From a virus: a DNA stretch of 64,000 nt. The stretch lies in IMG/VR virus record IMGVR_UViG_3300050821_001227, positions 19,211 through 83,210 of that record; one strand, given 5' to 3'. Made by a program: the position numbers and the translations under genes. This document shows positions 17,464 through 25,929 of the stretch, piece after piece (position 1 is the first letter of the stretch; each line of letters starts with the position of its first letter). The notes under the pieces were generated by a model that searched no databases, was not told the DNA's origin, and saw nothing but the letters and a program-made list of their open reading frames with translations.

Positions 17464-19431
17464 ATGACGGGTTATAGTCCCGCAATTAACAATCAGTCGA
17501 ACCTCCCGCAATCGACTGTGAAGTATTCATAGTACTTCTCCCTAGCATTCGATTGCGTAGTAAATGTATGACAAGAAGTTCAGGGAAAACTTGAAGGCCC
17601 AGACTCCCTTCGTGGCTTGTTCAGAACGTTTGGATTTGCCGATGAAGTCTGGTAACCAGTATGAGATTTCAGAAACATGATAGTCCCATACAGTTTAAAA
17701 TCTTGCTAAATCGGTGAAGGTCTGTTAAAATCAGATAATACCGAGGAAACTTGTGAAACGAAAGACAGCACAGTACATGGCGGGACTTATGGACGCGGAA
17801 GGAATGTTCGACATCGAACGTGCCTTCAGAAGCGATGATAGGAACTGCTACAACTATACCGTAAAGATTGTGCTTACCAATACAAATATTGCCCTGATGA
17901 AGTGGGCCGTTAAGTACTTTGGGGGCGTTTACAAAAAGCGCAAACCTGAGGTTGGTAAGAAACAAGCTTATGATTGGATAATCTCTAATCAGAAGCACGG
18001 GCTGTCGTTCATCTCCCAAATATTTCCGTTCCTTGTGGTCAAAAGAGCAGAAGCACAAACGTTAGTTGACTACTATGCCATGTATGGCAAAGAGTTTCCA
18101 GAACGACGTGAACAACTGTTCTTCAAAAACAAAGAATTGAAATGGGACAAAAGTTCCGTAACGACTGACATGCAAGATATCTCTAATGCTTATGCGGCAG
18201 GGTTTGTAGATGGCGACGGGAGTATAGACACTCCGCACCGTTTAGCAGTATCCAACGCATGCAAAGTCTTGATTGATTTGTTCAAAGCAACGTATGGCGG
18301 GTCGTATTATTTGGATGTCCGTGAGGAACCAAATCAAAACGATTCTCACGTGTGGTATCTTTCTAATCCTACAAAGGTTGAAAAGATAGTGCTTTCGTGG
18401 CTGCCATACTTGATTGATAAACATCATCGAGGCGAACAGGTGCTAAAACGCCTGCGAGATAAAGATACAGTCTGAACTAACGGGCGACCGTTAGAGTGAA
18501 CCTGACGGAAGTCAGGGTTACGAAGCCGTTCTGGTTTCGTATTCATCCAAAACACAGTTGGTTCATGTACGTTCCGTTGGCAGCCAACACTTCGACCACC
18601 GTTGAAGGAACCGTTGGGACTTCCATTCCGGTCAGCGTGCTGAACACCACCGCTGTCATCGGCGAATACGCCGACTACGCTAACTTCTCCTCGCTGTCTT
18701 TGGCCACTGCCATCGACAACACCGTCGAGAACGTCGCGAAGGAACTGTCGTACCGCTTGGGCGAGTCTTTGAGCGCTCTGGTTCGTGCGACCGCAGACGG
18801 CGCGTCCGCCATCGACTCCAGCGTGCTTGTTGAACTGGGTGCTACCAGCACTTCCAGCTTCACCGCTCTGTCTTTGAGCCAAATCCGTAACTCTGTCCAG
18901 TCTCTGGCAGGTCGTTCGGTTCGGCCCTTCGATGAAGCAAGCAAAGCATTCTGCGGTGTCATCCATCCGTTCGCCCTTGGCGACGTTCTGGCTGACAACA
19001 GCAACGATTCGCCGCTCGACATGTTGAAGCACACCCCCGTGGGTATGGCCAAGATGGAAGAGTTGGTGAGCGTTGATCTGACCGAGGTCATTGAATTGCC
19101 CGCTTCTGGCGTGCATTTCTTCCAGACCAACCAGATCACCACGACTTCGAACTATCAGACTGTCACTGGTCTGACGGCTCTCCGCACCTACATCTTCGGG
19201 CGCGATGGTATCTACTCCATCAACCTTGGAGCACAGGGCGACACCGGGTTCGGCGACGGTGAATGGCAGAACATTAAGTGCAACATCAAGCAGAACGTTG
19301 AACCCAGCGTTGCTGACCCCGAAGGACTCATCCCCGGATGGACTTCGTATCGTGTGCACTTCACCACGTCTCTCGGACCTGACACGACCATTCGCCAGCG
19401 CCAGATCGACGCGGCTAGCGCCATTTCCTAA
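17464..19431 (+). CDS. Major capsid protein (N4-gp56-like), three exons: join(17464..17526,17567..17667,18561..19431), 344 aa
   Basis: The join restores MTGYSP...TVKY|YDKKFRENLKAQTPF...LPMKSGNQYE(M)FMYVPL...EGT...EYADY...GVIHP, matching the family pattern YYDKK...LP..SG...F..Y..L; position after the scaffold gene. Confidence 0.85.
17527..17566 (+). other. 40-nt core-less group I-like mini-intron in the capsid gene
   Basis: Splits KY|YDKK, contains an in-frame TAG and shifts the frame. Exon GAAGTAT pairs with GTACTTC (P1, U.G at the junction), TCATA pairs with 3' exon TATGA (P10), and the insert ends in G. Confidence 0.7.
17668..18560 (+). mobile_element. Group I self-splicing intron (893 nt) with LAGLIDADG ORF
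   Basis: P1 GTATGAGAT/GTCCCATAC with U.G; P3 ATCTTGC 17700/GCAAGAT 18172; P4 TCGGT/ACCGA; P6 GGAAACTT/AAGTTCC; P7 GACTG 18163/CAGTC 18468; P8 TATCTC/GAGATA; S element AAAGATACAGTC; P9 TAACGG-GCGA-CCGTTA; P10 ACATGA/TCATGT; terminal G. Removal restores the frame. Confidence 0.92.
17753..18475 (+). CDS. Intron-encoded double-motif LAGLIDADG homing endonuclease
   Basis: YMAGLMDAEG and YAAGFVDGDG motifs; FPFLVVK and LPYLIDK; lower GC than flanking genes. Confidence 0.9.
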   Translation: MKRKTAQYMAGLMDAEGMFDIERAFRSDDRNCYNYTVKIVLTNTNIALMKWAVKYFGGVYKKRKPEVGKKQAYDWIISNQKHGLSFISQIFPFLVVKRAEAQTLVDYYAMYGKEFPERREQLFFKNKELKWDKSSVTTDMQDISNAYAAGFVDGDGSIDTPHRLAVSNACKVLIDLFKATYGGSYYLDVREEPNQNDSHVWYLSNPTKVEKIVLSWLPYLIDKHHRGEQVLKRLRDKDTV

Positions 19432-19439
19432 AGGAATCT

Positions 19440-19910
19440 ATGGCACTAAAAAACGTACCCAAGTCTCCTGAGCACCGCGCCAAGCTTATTCAAGTTTTGG
19501 AGCGTACTTGGGAGAATAGACCTAACAAGCACAAGATTCAAGCGATTGATAAAGTCGCAATGACTGGCTGCTGTGTCACCTGTGGTCAAGTTCCTTTGAA
19601 AGTAGTACGTCATCGGAACAACAAGCAGGGATATGTTAGAGACCAGTATCTATGCTGGGTCGGTTCGCTACGAAGCGGCGAAGCACAAGTTTCCTATGCG
19701 GGTCAGGCACTAGAAATGCTTGACTCGCAGAAGGGTAACTGCGCTTTGTGCGAACAGCCTCTTGACCGTTTTGACATGGTTTTAGATCACGACCATGAAA
19801 CGAAACTCATTCGCGGGTTTCTTCATCAAAACTGTAACAAAGGGCTAGGCATGCTTGGAGATAATCCGAGCATTCTCAAACGAGCCATCGACTACCTAAC
19901 AAAGAAATAG
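19440..19910 (+). CDS. Endonuclease VII-type homing endonuclease
   Basis: QKGNCALC...LDHDHET..IRGFLHQNCNKGLG..GD. Confidence 0.88.
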   Translation: MALKNVPKSPEHRAKLIQVLERTWENRPNKHKIQAIDKVAMTGCCVTCGQVPLKVVRHRNNKQGYVRDQYLCWVGSLRSGEAQVSYAGQALEMLDSQKGNCALCEQPLDRFDMVLDHDHETKLIRGFLHQNCNKGLGMLGDNPSILKRAIDYLTKK

Positions 19911-19929
19911 ACAACGAAAGGACATCAAC

Positions 19930-20487
19930 ATGGCAGATACACAAGAATCGTATCCTACCCCGACTACGGGGAAAAACCTGCCTCTCTTCATGGAACTGTC
20001 GGGTCAGGGCGTAACGAACGCCAACCCTCAGACGGGTTCGGGCGCTTTGGTCGGTGGAAACAACACCTACAAAGTCACCCTGTCCGTTGCCAATTCCCAG
20101 AAGGCGAATGTGTCGGCGACCGTTGTTGTGACGGTGAACTTGTTTGACCTTGCGGGAACTGCGCAAGGCATCAAGAGTTCCGTTACCGCAGTGTCGTACA
20201 ATGCCGCTCCGACCAGTTCGAGCGGGACGCAGGAATCGTACCCGGCCCCTCTCACCACCATTGGCGAGATTGCGACCGTGGGAACGGTGTCGTACTCAGC
20301 TTCGGCTGGCACGGCCACCATTACCCCCATCACTCCGGGGCAAGCAGTTGTGGAGTTCGAGTATCCGTTCGGTCTGAATGCGAACAACACCGCAGCCGTC
20401 GAACCGGGGCCGCAACCCGGTGGCGCTCTCGGGTTCCAGCAGAACGACATGGTGTACTCCCAAATCCTAGTCCAAGTTATCCCTTGA
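19930..20487 (+). CDS. Putative capsid decoration / Ig-like virion protein
   Basis: Beta-rich T/S/V/A composition; follows the capsid gene; TQESYP occurs twice. Confidence 0.55.
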   Translation: MADTQESYPTPTTGKNLPLFMELSGQGVTNANPQTGSGALVGGNNTYKVTLSVANSQKANVSATVVVTVNLFDLAGTAQGIKSSVTAVSYNAAPTSSSGTQESYPAPLTTIGEIATVGTVSYSASAGTATITPITPGQAVVEFEYPFGLNANNTAAVEPGPQPGGALGFQQNDMVYSQILVQVIP

Positions 20488-20531
20488 GGATTTGGGATTC
20501 ACAAGATTCACAGACGTTATAAACCTGTGGA

Positions 20532-20568
20532 GAGGGGCTGTTCGAGCAGTCCCTCACTTCTTCTCGAA
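20532..20568 (+). promoter_or_regulatory. Hairpin/pseudoknot leader next to the RBS (copy 3)
   Basis: Stem GAGGGGCTG/CAGTCCCTC; loop TTCGAG is complementary to CTCGAA 20563-20568. Confidence 0.65.
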
Positions 20569-20577
20569 AGGAAGTAC

Positions 20578-21042
20578 ATGAAACACGAAACAGAAGCAGA
20601 ACGTTTGGCGTATAACGCCTATTACCGAAACTATCGCAAGCAGTGGTCTCCTGAGATGAAGGAGAAAGAACGGCAGCGTAAGCGAGATTGGATTGCAGCA
20701 CATCCAGAGCAGCATCGTACAAACACTCGTCGTGCTGCGCGAAAGCGCCGGATTATAATTCAAGCGCATCCCGAGTTTCAAAAAGCAGCACAGGTTCAGT
20801 TCAACCATTCAATAAGTCTGGAAGAATATGAATGTAGGCTGCGCGACCAAGGCGGCATTTGCCGTCTTTGTAATAAGCCGTTCACGGACGATAATCCTCC
20901 CGTGCTCGACCACAATCACGACACTGCGCAGTTGCGAGATTTTATCCATCGGCAATGTAATGCGGCTCTTGGATTATTTAAAGACAGTGTTGAGGTTTGC
21001 AAGTTGGCCGCTGAATATTTAGAGCGGCACAGTAGAGGATGA
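20578..21042 (+). CDS. Endonuclease VII-type homing endonuclease
   Basis: QGGICRLC...LDHNHDT..LRDFIHRQCNAALG.FKD. Confidence 0.88.
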   Translation: MKHETEAERLAYNAYYRNYRKQWSPEMKEKERQRKRDWIAAHPEQHRTNTRRAARKRRIIIQAHPEFQKAAQVQFNHSISLEEYECRLRDQGGICRLCNKPFTDDNPPVLDHNHDTAQLRDFIHRQCNAALGLFKDSVEVCKLAAEYLERHSRG

Positions 21043-21062
21043 ATCTCTGGGAGGAGAAGATC

Positions 21063-21365
21063 ATGGACGGTGAGGAGTACGTCATGGCGCAGCAGATTAT
21101 TGCTGGCCAAAAAAGTTTGGTTGTACAGGCGTTAGAAGAAACGGTCGAAGAGTTGCGCGGCGAGATTGAGTTTCTTAAAGAGGAAAACAAGCGGCTGCGA
21201 AATGTTTCCAAAGCAACGCGCATGACCAACCGCAAGGTTAGAGCCGACGTGAAGGCTTTGGTCGATCAAGTCGAAGAGATGGGACAACATATCATGGACA
21301 TCGCCGTCGAAGAGGCGGCACAAGAGGATTTGGGCAGCACGTCCGCTTCGGAACCGACGACTTAG
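21063..21365 (+). CDS. Hypothetical coiled-coil protein
   Basis: ATG 21063 follows TCTCTGGGAGGAGA; heptad pattern. Confidence 0.65.
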   Translation: MDGEEYVMAQQIIAGQKSLVVQALEETVEELRGEIEFLKEENKRLRNVSKATRMTNRKVRADVKALVDQVEEMGQHIMDIAVEEAAQEDLGSTSASEPTT

Positions 21366-21536
21366 CCATCATACGAATCGTCAGTTCATGGTTGGACACA
21401 AGGACACGTACACGAAGGCCAAGGGTACGGCGTCGGTCGGCACCTGTTGTGGGAAGTCATGAGCCCCGGAGGACCGATTCTCAAATAATGGCGTAAGGCT
21501 CTAATTCTTAAGAGCCTGCTTAGGAAGAGGAGCCTA

Positions 21537-22253
21537 ATGCCATCAAACAAAGATTTATTGGCGCAACGCGCCGAAGAACAAGCAGAGTTCAACAAGCAGG
21601 TTGACCTACTGCCGATGCCCGAATTGACAGATGAACAAATTGCTCGTACCCAAGGGACGAGAAAGTCAGAAAAAGCCCCGTGGGAGACTTATAACGAGCA
21701 GATGACAGAGACGCTTGACCCGGAGCTAGAAGCGGCCATCGCAGAGTTCGCTTCGCATGACCCGCACGGGCACACCGATTCCCAGACGCAAGAAGAACTC
21801 TGTCGAATCAAAGAAGAGAACGACAACCTCGCACGGGACTACCAATGGTTGAGTCCGGACGAGTACGAAGATGAGAAGGCCCGCATAGGCCGCATCATGC
21901 ACTCCTCGGAGCTAATCAAAAAGCTGACCGAAGAATGCCGTTTGAACGCACGGTACAAGTCCCACCCACAGCCAAAGCGTATCACGCTTCTGGTTGATAT
22001 TACCCAAGGCATAAAAGGCATGGAAGTTGCCTGTTGGGTACAGTTCGGGTACATGCCAGAGTTCAGCATCTGCAATTTCGATGACCACGGAGTTGTATTG
22101 CAGGAGGCATATCGCGGCTGGCGCACAGTGTTGCTCCAGTTGCTGGTCAAACGCATGATTGACGAGGAAACAATCAATCGCGTGTTCGGAGAAGCGGTTG
22201 GTCCGGCATCAAGGAAATATAACCAACTCGTGCAAGGATTTAGAAAGGGCTGA
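21537..22253 (+). CDS. Hypothetical protein
   Basis: 238-aa ORF with GAGGAG RBS. Confidence 0.75.
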   Translation: MPSNKDLLAQRAEEQAEFNKQVDLLPMPELTDEQIARTQGTRKSEKAPWETYNEQMTETLDPELEAAIAEFASHDPHGHTDSQTQEELCRIKEENDNLARDYQWLSPDEYEDEKARIGRIMHSSELIKKLTEECRLNARYKSHPQPKRITLLVDITQGIKGMEVACWVQFGYMPEFSICNFDDHGVVLQEAYRGWRTVLLQLLVKRMIDEETINRVFGEAVGPASRKYNQLVQGFRKG

Positions 22254-22264
22254 GGAGACCCCAT

Positions 22265-22945
22265 ATGAGCAACGTCAACAATCAAGAAGATATCAACGAA
22301 GTACACAAAGTAGTCGCAAAAGTCATCAAAGAACAGACCCCGGCACAAGCCGAGCGCGTCGAAATCGTCCGAGCCATATCCGAGATGTCCACGGAGGAAA
22401 TCAACCGGGAACTGGCGGCGAAAGAACTGCAACTGAAGCGCCTCGAATTGATGGAGCGCGAAGCCAACTTGGAAGACATCCGAGAACGTCTCGCGGACCG
22501 CAAGCTGAAGCGTAAGAGCCAAGGCGATGTGTTCCGTGGCCACGGTCAGAACCTGAAGCAGGGTGCGATTAACCGCGTAGCGAAGCAGACGATCTGTAAC
22601 CACCGCAAAGGTGGAGACGGCGCGAATGGCGTCATCGGCGGACAAGGCGATGACATGCAGTACGCGATTCTGCGGCACATCATGGGCAATGGCGACATTT
22701 GGATTCGCTGCCTGCGCTGCGGCAAGACTTGGAAGCGACCGCTTCTGAACGGAAGAACCGAAGCCGAAATGAAGGCTTCAGCGGAATGGGCCGAGTACGA
22801 TTTGATGCTACGCGCTCAGACCCGAAACCACACGTCAGGCACGCATACGTTCCAATGGGGCGTAGTGCAAAATGCCGAGACAGGCAAGTTGGAAGGCGGG
22901 CCAGAGTTCTACAGAGAGAAAATGAAATCTGTGACTTTGGAGTAA
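22265..22945 (+). CDS. Hypothetical protein (coiled coil plus CxH...CxxC Zn motif)
   Basis: CNHRKGG...CLRCGKTW. Confidence 0.75.
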   Translation: MSNVNNQEDINEVHKVVAKVIKEQTPAQAERVEIVRAISEMSTEEINRELAAKELQLKRLELMEREANLEDIRERLADRKLKRKSQGDVFRGHGQNLKQGAINRVAKQTICNHRKGGDGANGVIGGQGDDMQYAILRHIMGNGDIWIRCLRCGKTWKRPLLNGRTEAEMKASAEWAEYDLMLRAQTRNHTSGTHTFQWGVVQNAETGKLEGGPEFYREKMKSVTLE

Positions 22946-22960
22946 TCGCCCACGAAGTAA

Positions 22961-22997
22961 AGAGGGATGGGCACAAACGCTCGTCCCTCTATTTTTT
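22961..22997 (+). terminator. Intrinsic terminator
   Basis: AGAGGGATGGGC/GCTCGTCCCTCT stem followed by ATTTTTT. Confidence 0.7.
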
Positions 22998-23009
22998 ATT
23001 GGAGACAAC

Positions 23010-24341
23010 ATGACAGGTCAAAATTCCACCATCACGCTACAAGATATTTCGGACCAAGCGAGTTCCTTTGGAGACATAGCTCCCGCACTGGCAACAGGCG
23101 GTTACTCGACGCAGCCCGCCCAAAGCATCGCGAACGACGTGATGACGGCATTCCTGCAAGGTACAGGGGACGGCAACCCGTTCAACTGGAAGTTCAACAG
23201 CTTCAACGTCACACCGTTCTACACGATTAGTCTTCAGCAGGACTATTTCGTACCCGGCGTCGTGAACTTGGGCTGGCTCGAATCCTCGTATGCGATCAAC
23301 ATCAACCAGACGAGCAATCCGAAGCAGAAGTTGTATCAGGAAGTTCACCGTGCGGAGGAAGTCACCTTCGACCAGACAGGATACCCCGGCAAGATTTGTT
23401 GGATGCAGAATGATACGATGCAGTCAGGTACATGGGGACAAACGCAGTTGGCGTCACCCAGCGGCCTGCTGAACCCCGGCGTAGGAGTTGAGTATATCAA
23501 CCCGGCTGGCGCTCCGCAGAACCCGACCAACCCGACAACCTGCATCACGGACCCTTACGGCAACCTCTGGGCTGTGACGTTCGGTGTCAATCAGGCAACC
23601 GCGACATGCGGAACCTTCAATCCGTTCAAACCTATTGTGACGGCGACTTCGGTCACCAGCAATGTAATTACGGTCACGGCGCAGCACAGTTTGTCTGTCG
23701 GTACGCAGGTCAAGCTGCAAGGCACCGCCGAGTCTGGCGTCAACGGCCAACTGTTGACCATCGCTACTGTCATCGGAAGCGCTCCTAACTACACAGGCTT
23801 TACGGCAGCGCTGACCATCGGCAACTACAGCAACGCTTCAGATACGGGCAATGTTCAGATCGTGCCCGCATACCCGGTGTATCAGGCCGGGAATCCTTCA
23901 GTCTCTAGCACCGTGGCGACCACGGTTGCTGATGGCACTGTTGTTTGGACAGCGGTCAACCCAAAGGGTCAAGGATTCAGATTGAGTCCCATCCCTCCCA
24001 ACAGCGGAGTCGTTTGGCAGGTCAACCCGGTCGCGCAGATGCGCGTACCGCGCTTCAGTTCGATGCAGCAGACTCTCGAACCGATTCCTGATGACTGGGA
24101 GATGTTCTTCAAGAACGGCTTCTACGCACAATGCTATCGGCACAGTCCGGACCCGAAGGTTCGTCTGAAGTTCAAAGACGAATGGGCGCTGTTTATGCAG
24201 TCGCTCGACAACGCAGTCAAGCAAGGACAGCGTGAGACAGACGATTTTGGATTTTACCCCGGATCACCGGGCGTTATGGACACTGGGTTTTGCATCAATC
24301 CTGTTAATCCCGCGTGGCCGTACGGCCCTTATTGGGGCTAG
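23010..24341 (+). CDS. Putative head-tail adaptor / tail tubular protein, paralogue 1
   Basis: Position in the tail module; helical N- and C-termini around a beta-rich insert; shares motifs with 28488..29441. Confidence 0.6.
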   Translation: MTGQNSTITLQDISDQASSFGDIAPALATGGYSTQPAQSIANDVMTAFLQGTGDGNPFNWKFNSFNVTPFYTISLQQDYFVPGVVNLGWLESSYAININQTSNPKQKLYQEVHRAEEVTFDQTGYPGKICWMQNDTMQSGTWGQTQLASPSGLLNPGVGVEYINPAGAPQNPTNPTTCITDPYGNLWAVTFGVNQATATCGTFNPFKPIVTATSVTSNVITVTAQHSLSVGTQVKLQGTAESGVNGQLLTIATVIGSAPNYTGFTAALTIGNYSNASDTGNVQIVPAYPVYQAGNPSVSSTVATTVADGTVVWTAVNPKGQGFRLSPIPPNSGVVWQVNPVAQMRVPRFSSMQQTLEPIPDDWEMFFKNGFYAQCYRHSPDPKVRLKFKDEWALFMQSLDNAVKQGQRETDDFGFYPGSPGVMDTGFCINPVNPAWPYGPYWG

Positions 24342-24379
24342 TGTGGTATAATATTATCGCAGTGTCGCACATTGCGGTA

Positions 24380-24418
24380 GGGAGCACGACTTTCAACGTG
24401 CTCCCGTTCTTTTGAAAG
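24380..24418 (+). promoter_or_regulatory. Hairpin/pseudoknot leader next to the RBS (copy 4)
   Basis: Stem GGGAGCACG/CGTGCTCCC; loop CTTTCAA is complementary to TTGAAAG 24412-24418. An extended -10 (TGGTATAAT) lies upstream at about 24344-24352. Confidence 0.65.
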
Positions 24419-24425
24419 GGAACAA

Positions 24426-24923
24426 ATGACTGAAAGATTCATAGGTCCGCACCGTAAATCGGGGCGTAGACCGAGACTACAGTGCAAGCACGGGCACGCG
24501 ATGACGGCAGACAATCTATACGTCTACAATTCTCCGCAAGGATATGTTGTACGAGAGTGCAAAATCTGTGTCACCGATAAGAACCATACACGCCATCAGC
24601 AGCTTCGCGAAAATCATTTGAATCGCAACTTCAATATCACGCAAACACGATACGATGCTTTGCTCTCGGAGCAGGGCGGCAAGTGTAAGATTTGTGGAAC
24701 GACGGAGCCCGGTGGTATGGGAGCGTTTCATATCGACCATGCCCACTCATGTTGTCCCGGCAAGAAGTGTTGCGGCAAGTGCATACGCGGACTGCTTTGT
24801 CGTAGATGCAACGACATGCTTGGTAAAGTTGCGGATAGTATAGAAGTGCTGAAGGCAATGATTGCCTACTTGGAGAGTTTCAAATGCAACACAACATCTT
24901 CGCTTTCACCGACATTGGTCTAG
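24426..24923 (+). CDS. Endonuclease VII-type homing endonuclease
   Basis: CKHGH...CKIC; QGGKCKICG...IDHAHSCC...CGKCIRGLLCRRCN. Confidence 0.9.
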   Translation: MTERFIGPHRKSGRRPRLQCKHGHAMTADNLYVYNSPQGYVVRECKICVTDKNHTRHQQLRENHLNRNFNITQTRYDALLSEQGGKCKICGTTEPGGMGAFHIDHAHSCCPGKKCCGKCIRGLLCRRCNDMLGKVADSIEVLKAMIAYLESFKCNTTSSLSPTLV

Positions 24924-25099
24924 CCCCGCAGTTTCTCTCAATAAATCACAACGGAGAAGGCCGCTTTGAGGTAATAGCACGGTCCGCTCCCATGGGCGAT
25001 GAGGCGTATGGCGCGACGGCAGCCGTTGTGTTGAATGCCAAACAACTTCGTGAACTGGCTGAGACGCTGTTCTCCTTCGCATGCACGAGCGGAGCCTGA
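24884..25099 (+). CDS. Hypothetical protein
   Basis: 71-aa ORF with GGAGAG upstream. Confidence 0.55.
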   Translation: MQHNIFAFTDIGLAPQFLSINHNGEGRFEVIARSAPMGDEAYGATAAVVLNAKQLRELAETLFSFACTSGA

Positions 25100-25100
25100 C

Positions 25101-25355
25101 ATGACGCAATTCAACAAACCGTTATATGAGCAATCGTGTCCGATTTGCGGGGACAATTGCTCGGGTAAGAAGCAAACAGCCGCAGACCACTGCCACGCCA
25201 CATTGAGGTTTCGAGCAATCATTTGTCAAGCCTGCAATGTTGCACTTGGTGCGGCACGGGAGCGTGCCGAGTTGCTTGGAGACGGCGCATTGGGGAAGTA
25301 TGTTCGGCAGCATAGTCTGCCAAGGGAGAACGCATATGCCGTTGGGCAAGGTTAA
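25101..25355 (+). CDS. Minimal endonuclease VII-like protein
   Basis: CPICG...DHCHAT.RFRAIICQACNVALG. Confidence 0.75.
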   Translation: MTQFNKPLYEQSCPICGDNCSGKKQTAADHCHATLRFRAIICQACNVALGAARERAELLGDGALGKYVRQHSLPRENAYAVGQG

Positions 25356-25920
25356 TTCTGGAGACTATCGTAACGGAAATCCTGTGACGTGGACTCCATC
25401 ACCAACGCACTTTGGCACCCCGGTTTCAAATCCCGAGCCGCAAGGCAACGTGATTCCGCAATCGAATGCTACGCTAGACGGCAATCCAGTGACGTGGACG
25501 CCAAGTCCTAAGCACTTCGGCAATACGGTTGAATTTTCACTGCAACCGGTGCCACCCATCGTTATCGTTGAGGCTGGCGGGTCTGGGTCAGTCAACATAA
25601 ACTTGACCCAACTTTTGGACTCTCCCACGGCCACACTAACGTACACGGGAGCACCTGTCGGTGTTACAATTTCTTTCGCGCCCAATCCTGACACTGGAAC
25701 AAGTGTTGCGGAGATTACGGTCGCGGCTTCCGTCCCTGTCGGAAAATACACCATCGAGGTAGACGGAGCAGGAGCGCAAGAAACAAACCACACAAACATT
25801 CACCTTGTTGTTGTGGGCACAAGTGTTCCGGGCGAAGCCTTTGGCTTCTTGCTTGAAAATGGATCGGGTGTGCTTCTGTTGGAAGACGGCACCATACTCT
25901 TGCTGGAAAATCAGAGTTAA
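25336..25920 (+). CDS. Virion protein with Ig-like domain
   Basis: Duplicated GNPVTWTPSPxHFG; Ig-like GAPVGVTISFAPNP...VPVGKYTIEV; C-terminal LLENG..LLLEDG..LLLE motif. Confidence 0.65.
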   Translation: MPLGKVNSGDYRNGNPVTWTPSPTHFGTPVSNPEPQGNVIPQSNATLDGNPVTWTPSPKHFGNTVEFSLQPVPPIVIVEAGGSGSVNINLTQLLDSPTATLTYTGAPVGVTISFAPNPDTGTSVAEITVAASVPVGKYTIEVDGAGAQETNHTNIHLVVVGTSVPGEAFGFLLENGSGVLLLEDGTILLLENQS

Positions 25921-25929
25921 GGAGAATTT

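Noticed and set aside
17524-17569. T4 gene 60-type ribosomal bypass as the main explanation of the 40-nt insert
   Set aside because: Matching TAT codons exist, but the take-off codon is not directly followed by the stop, and P1 U.G, P10 and the terminal G fit splicing better; kept only as an alternative.
18496-18560. ORF-track start of the capsid protein (MNLTEVRVTK...)
   Set aside because: These 22 codons are the P9 region of the intron; the real N-terminus lies in exons at 17464-17667.
18424-19359. Long antisense ORFs, for example 18424..19359(-), 3956..4822(+), 42376..43227(-), 55246..56139(-)
   Set aside because: They mirror well-supported genes, lack an RBS and motifs, and are expected from codon bias in GC-rich DNA.
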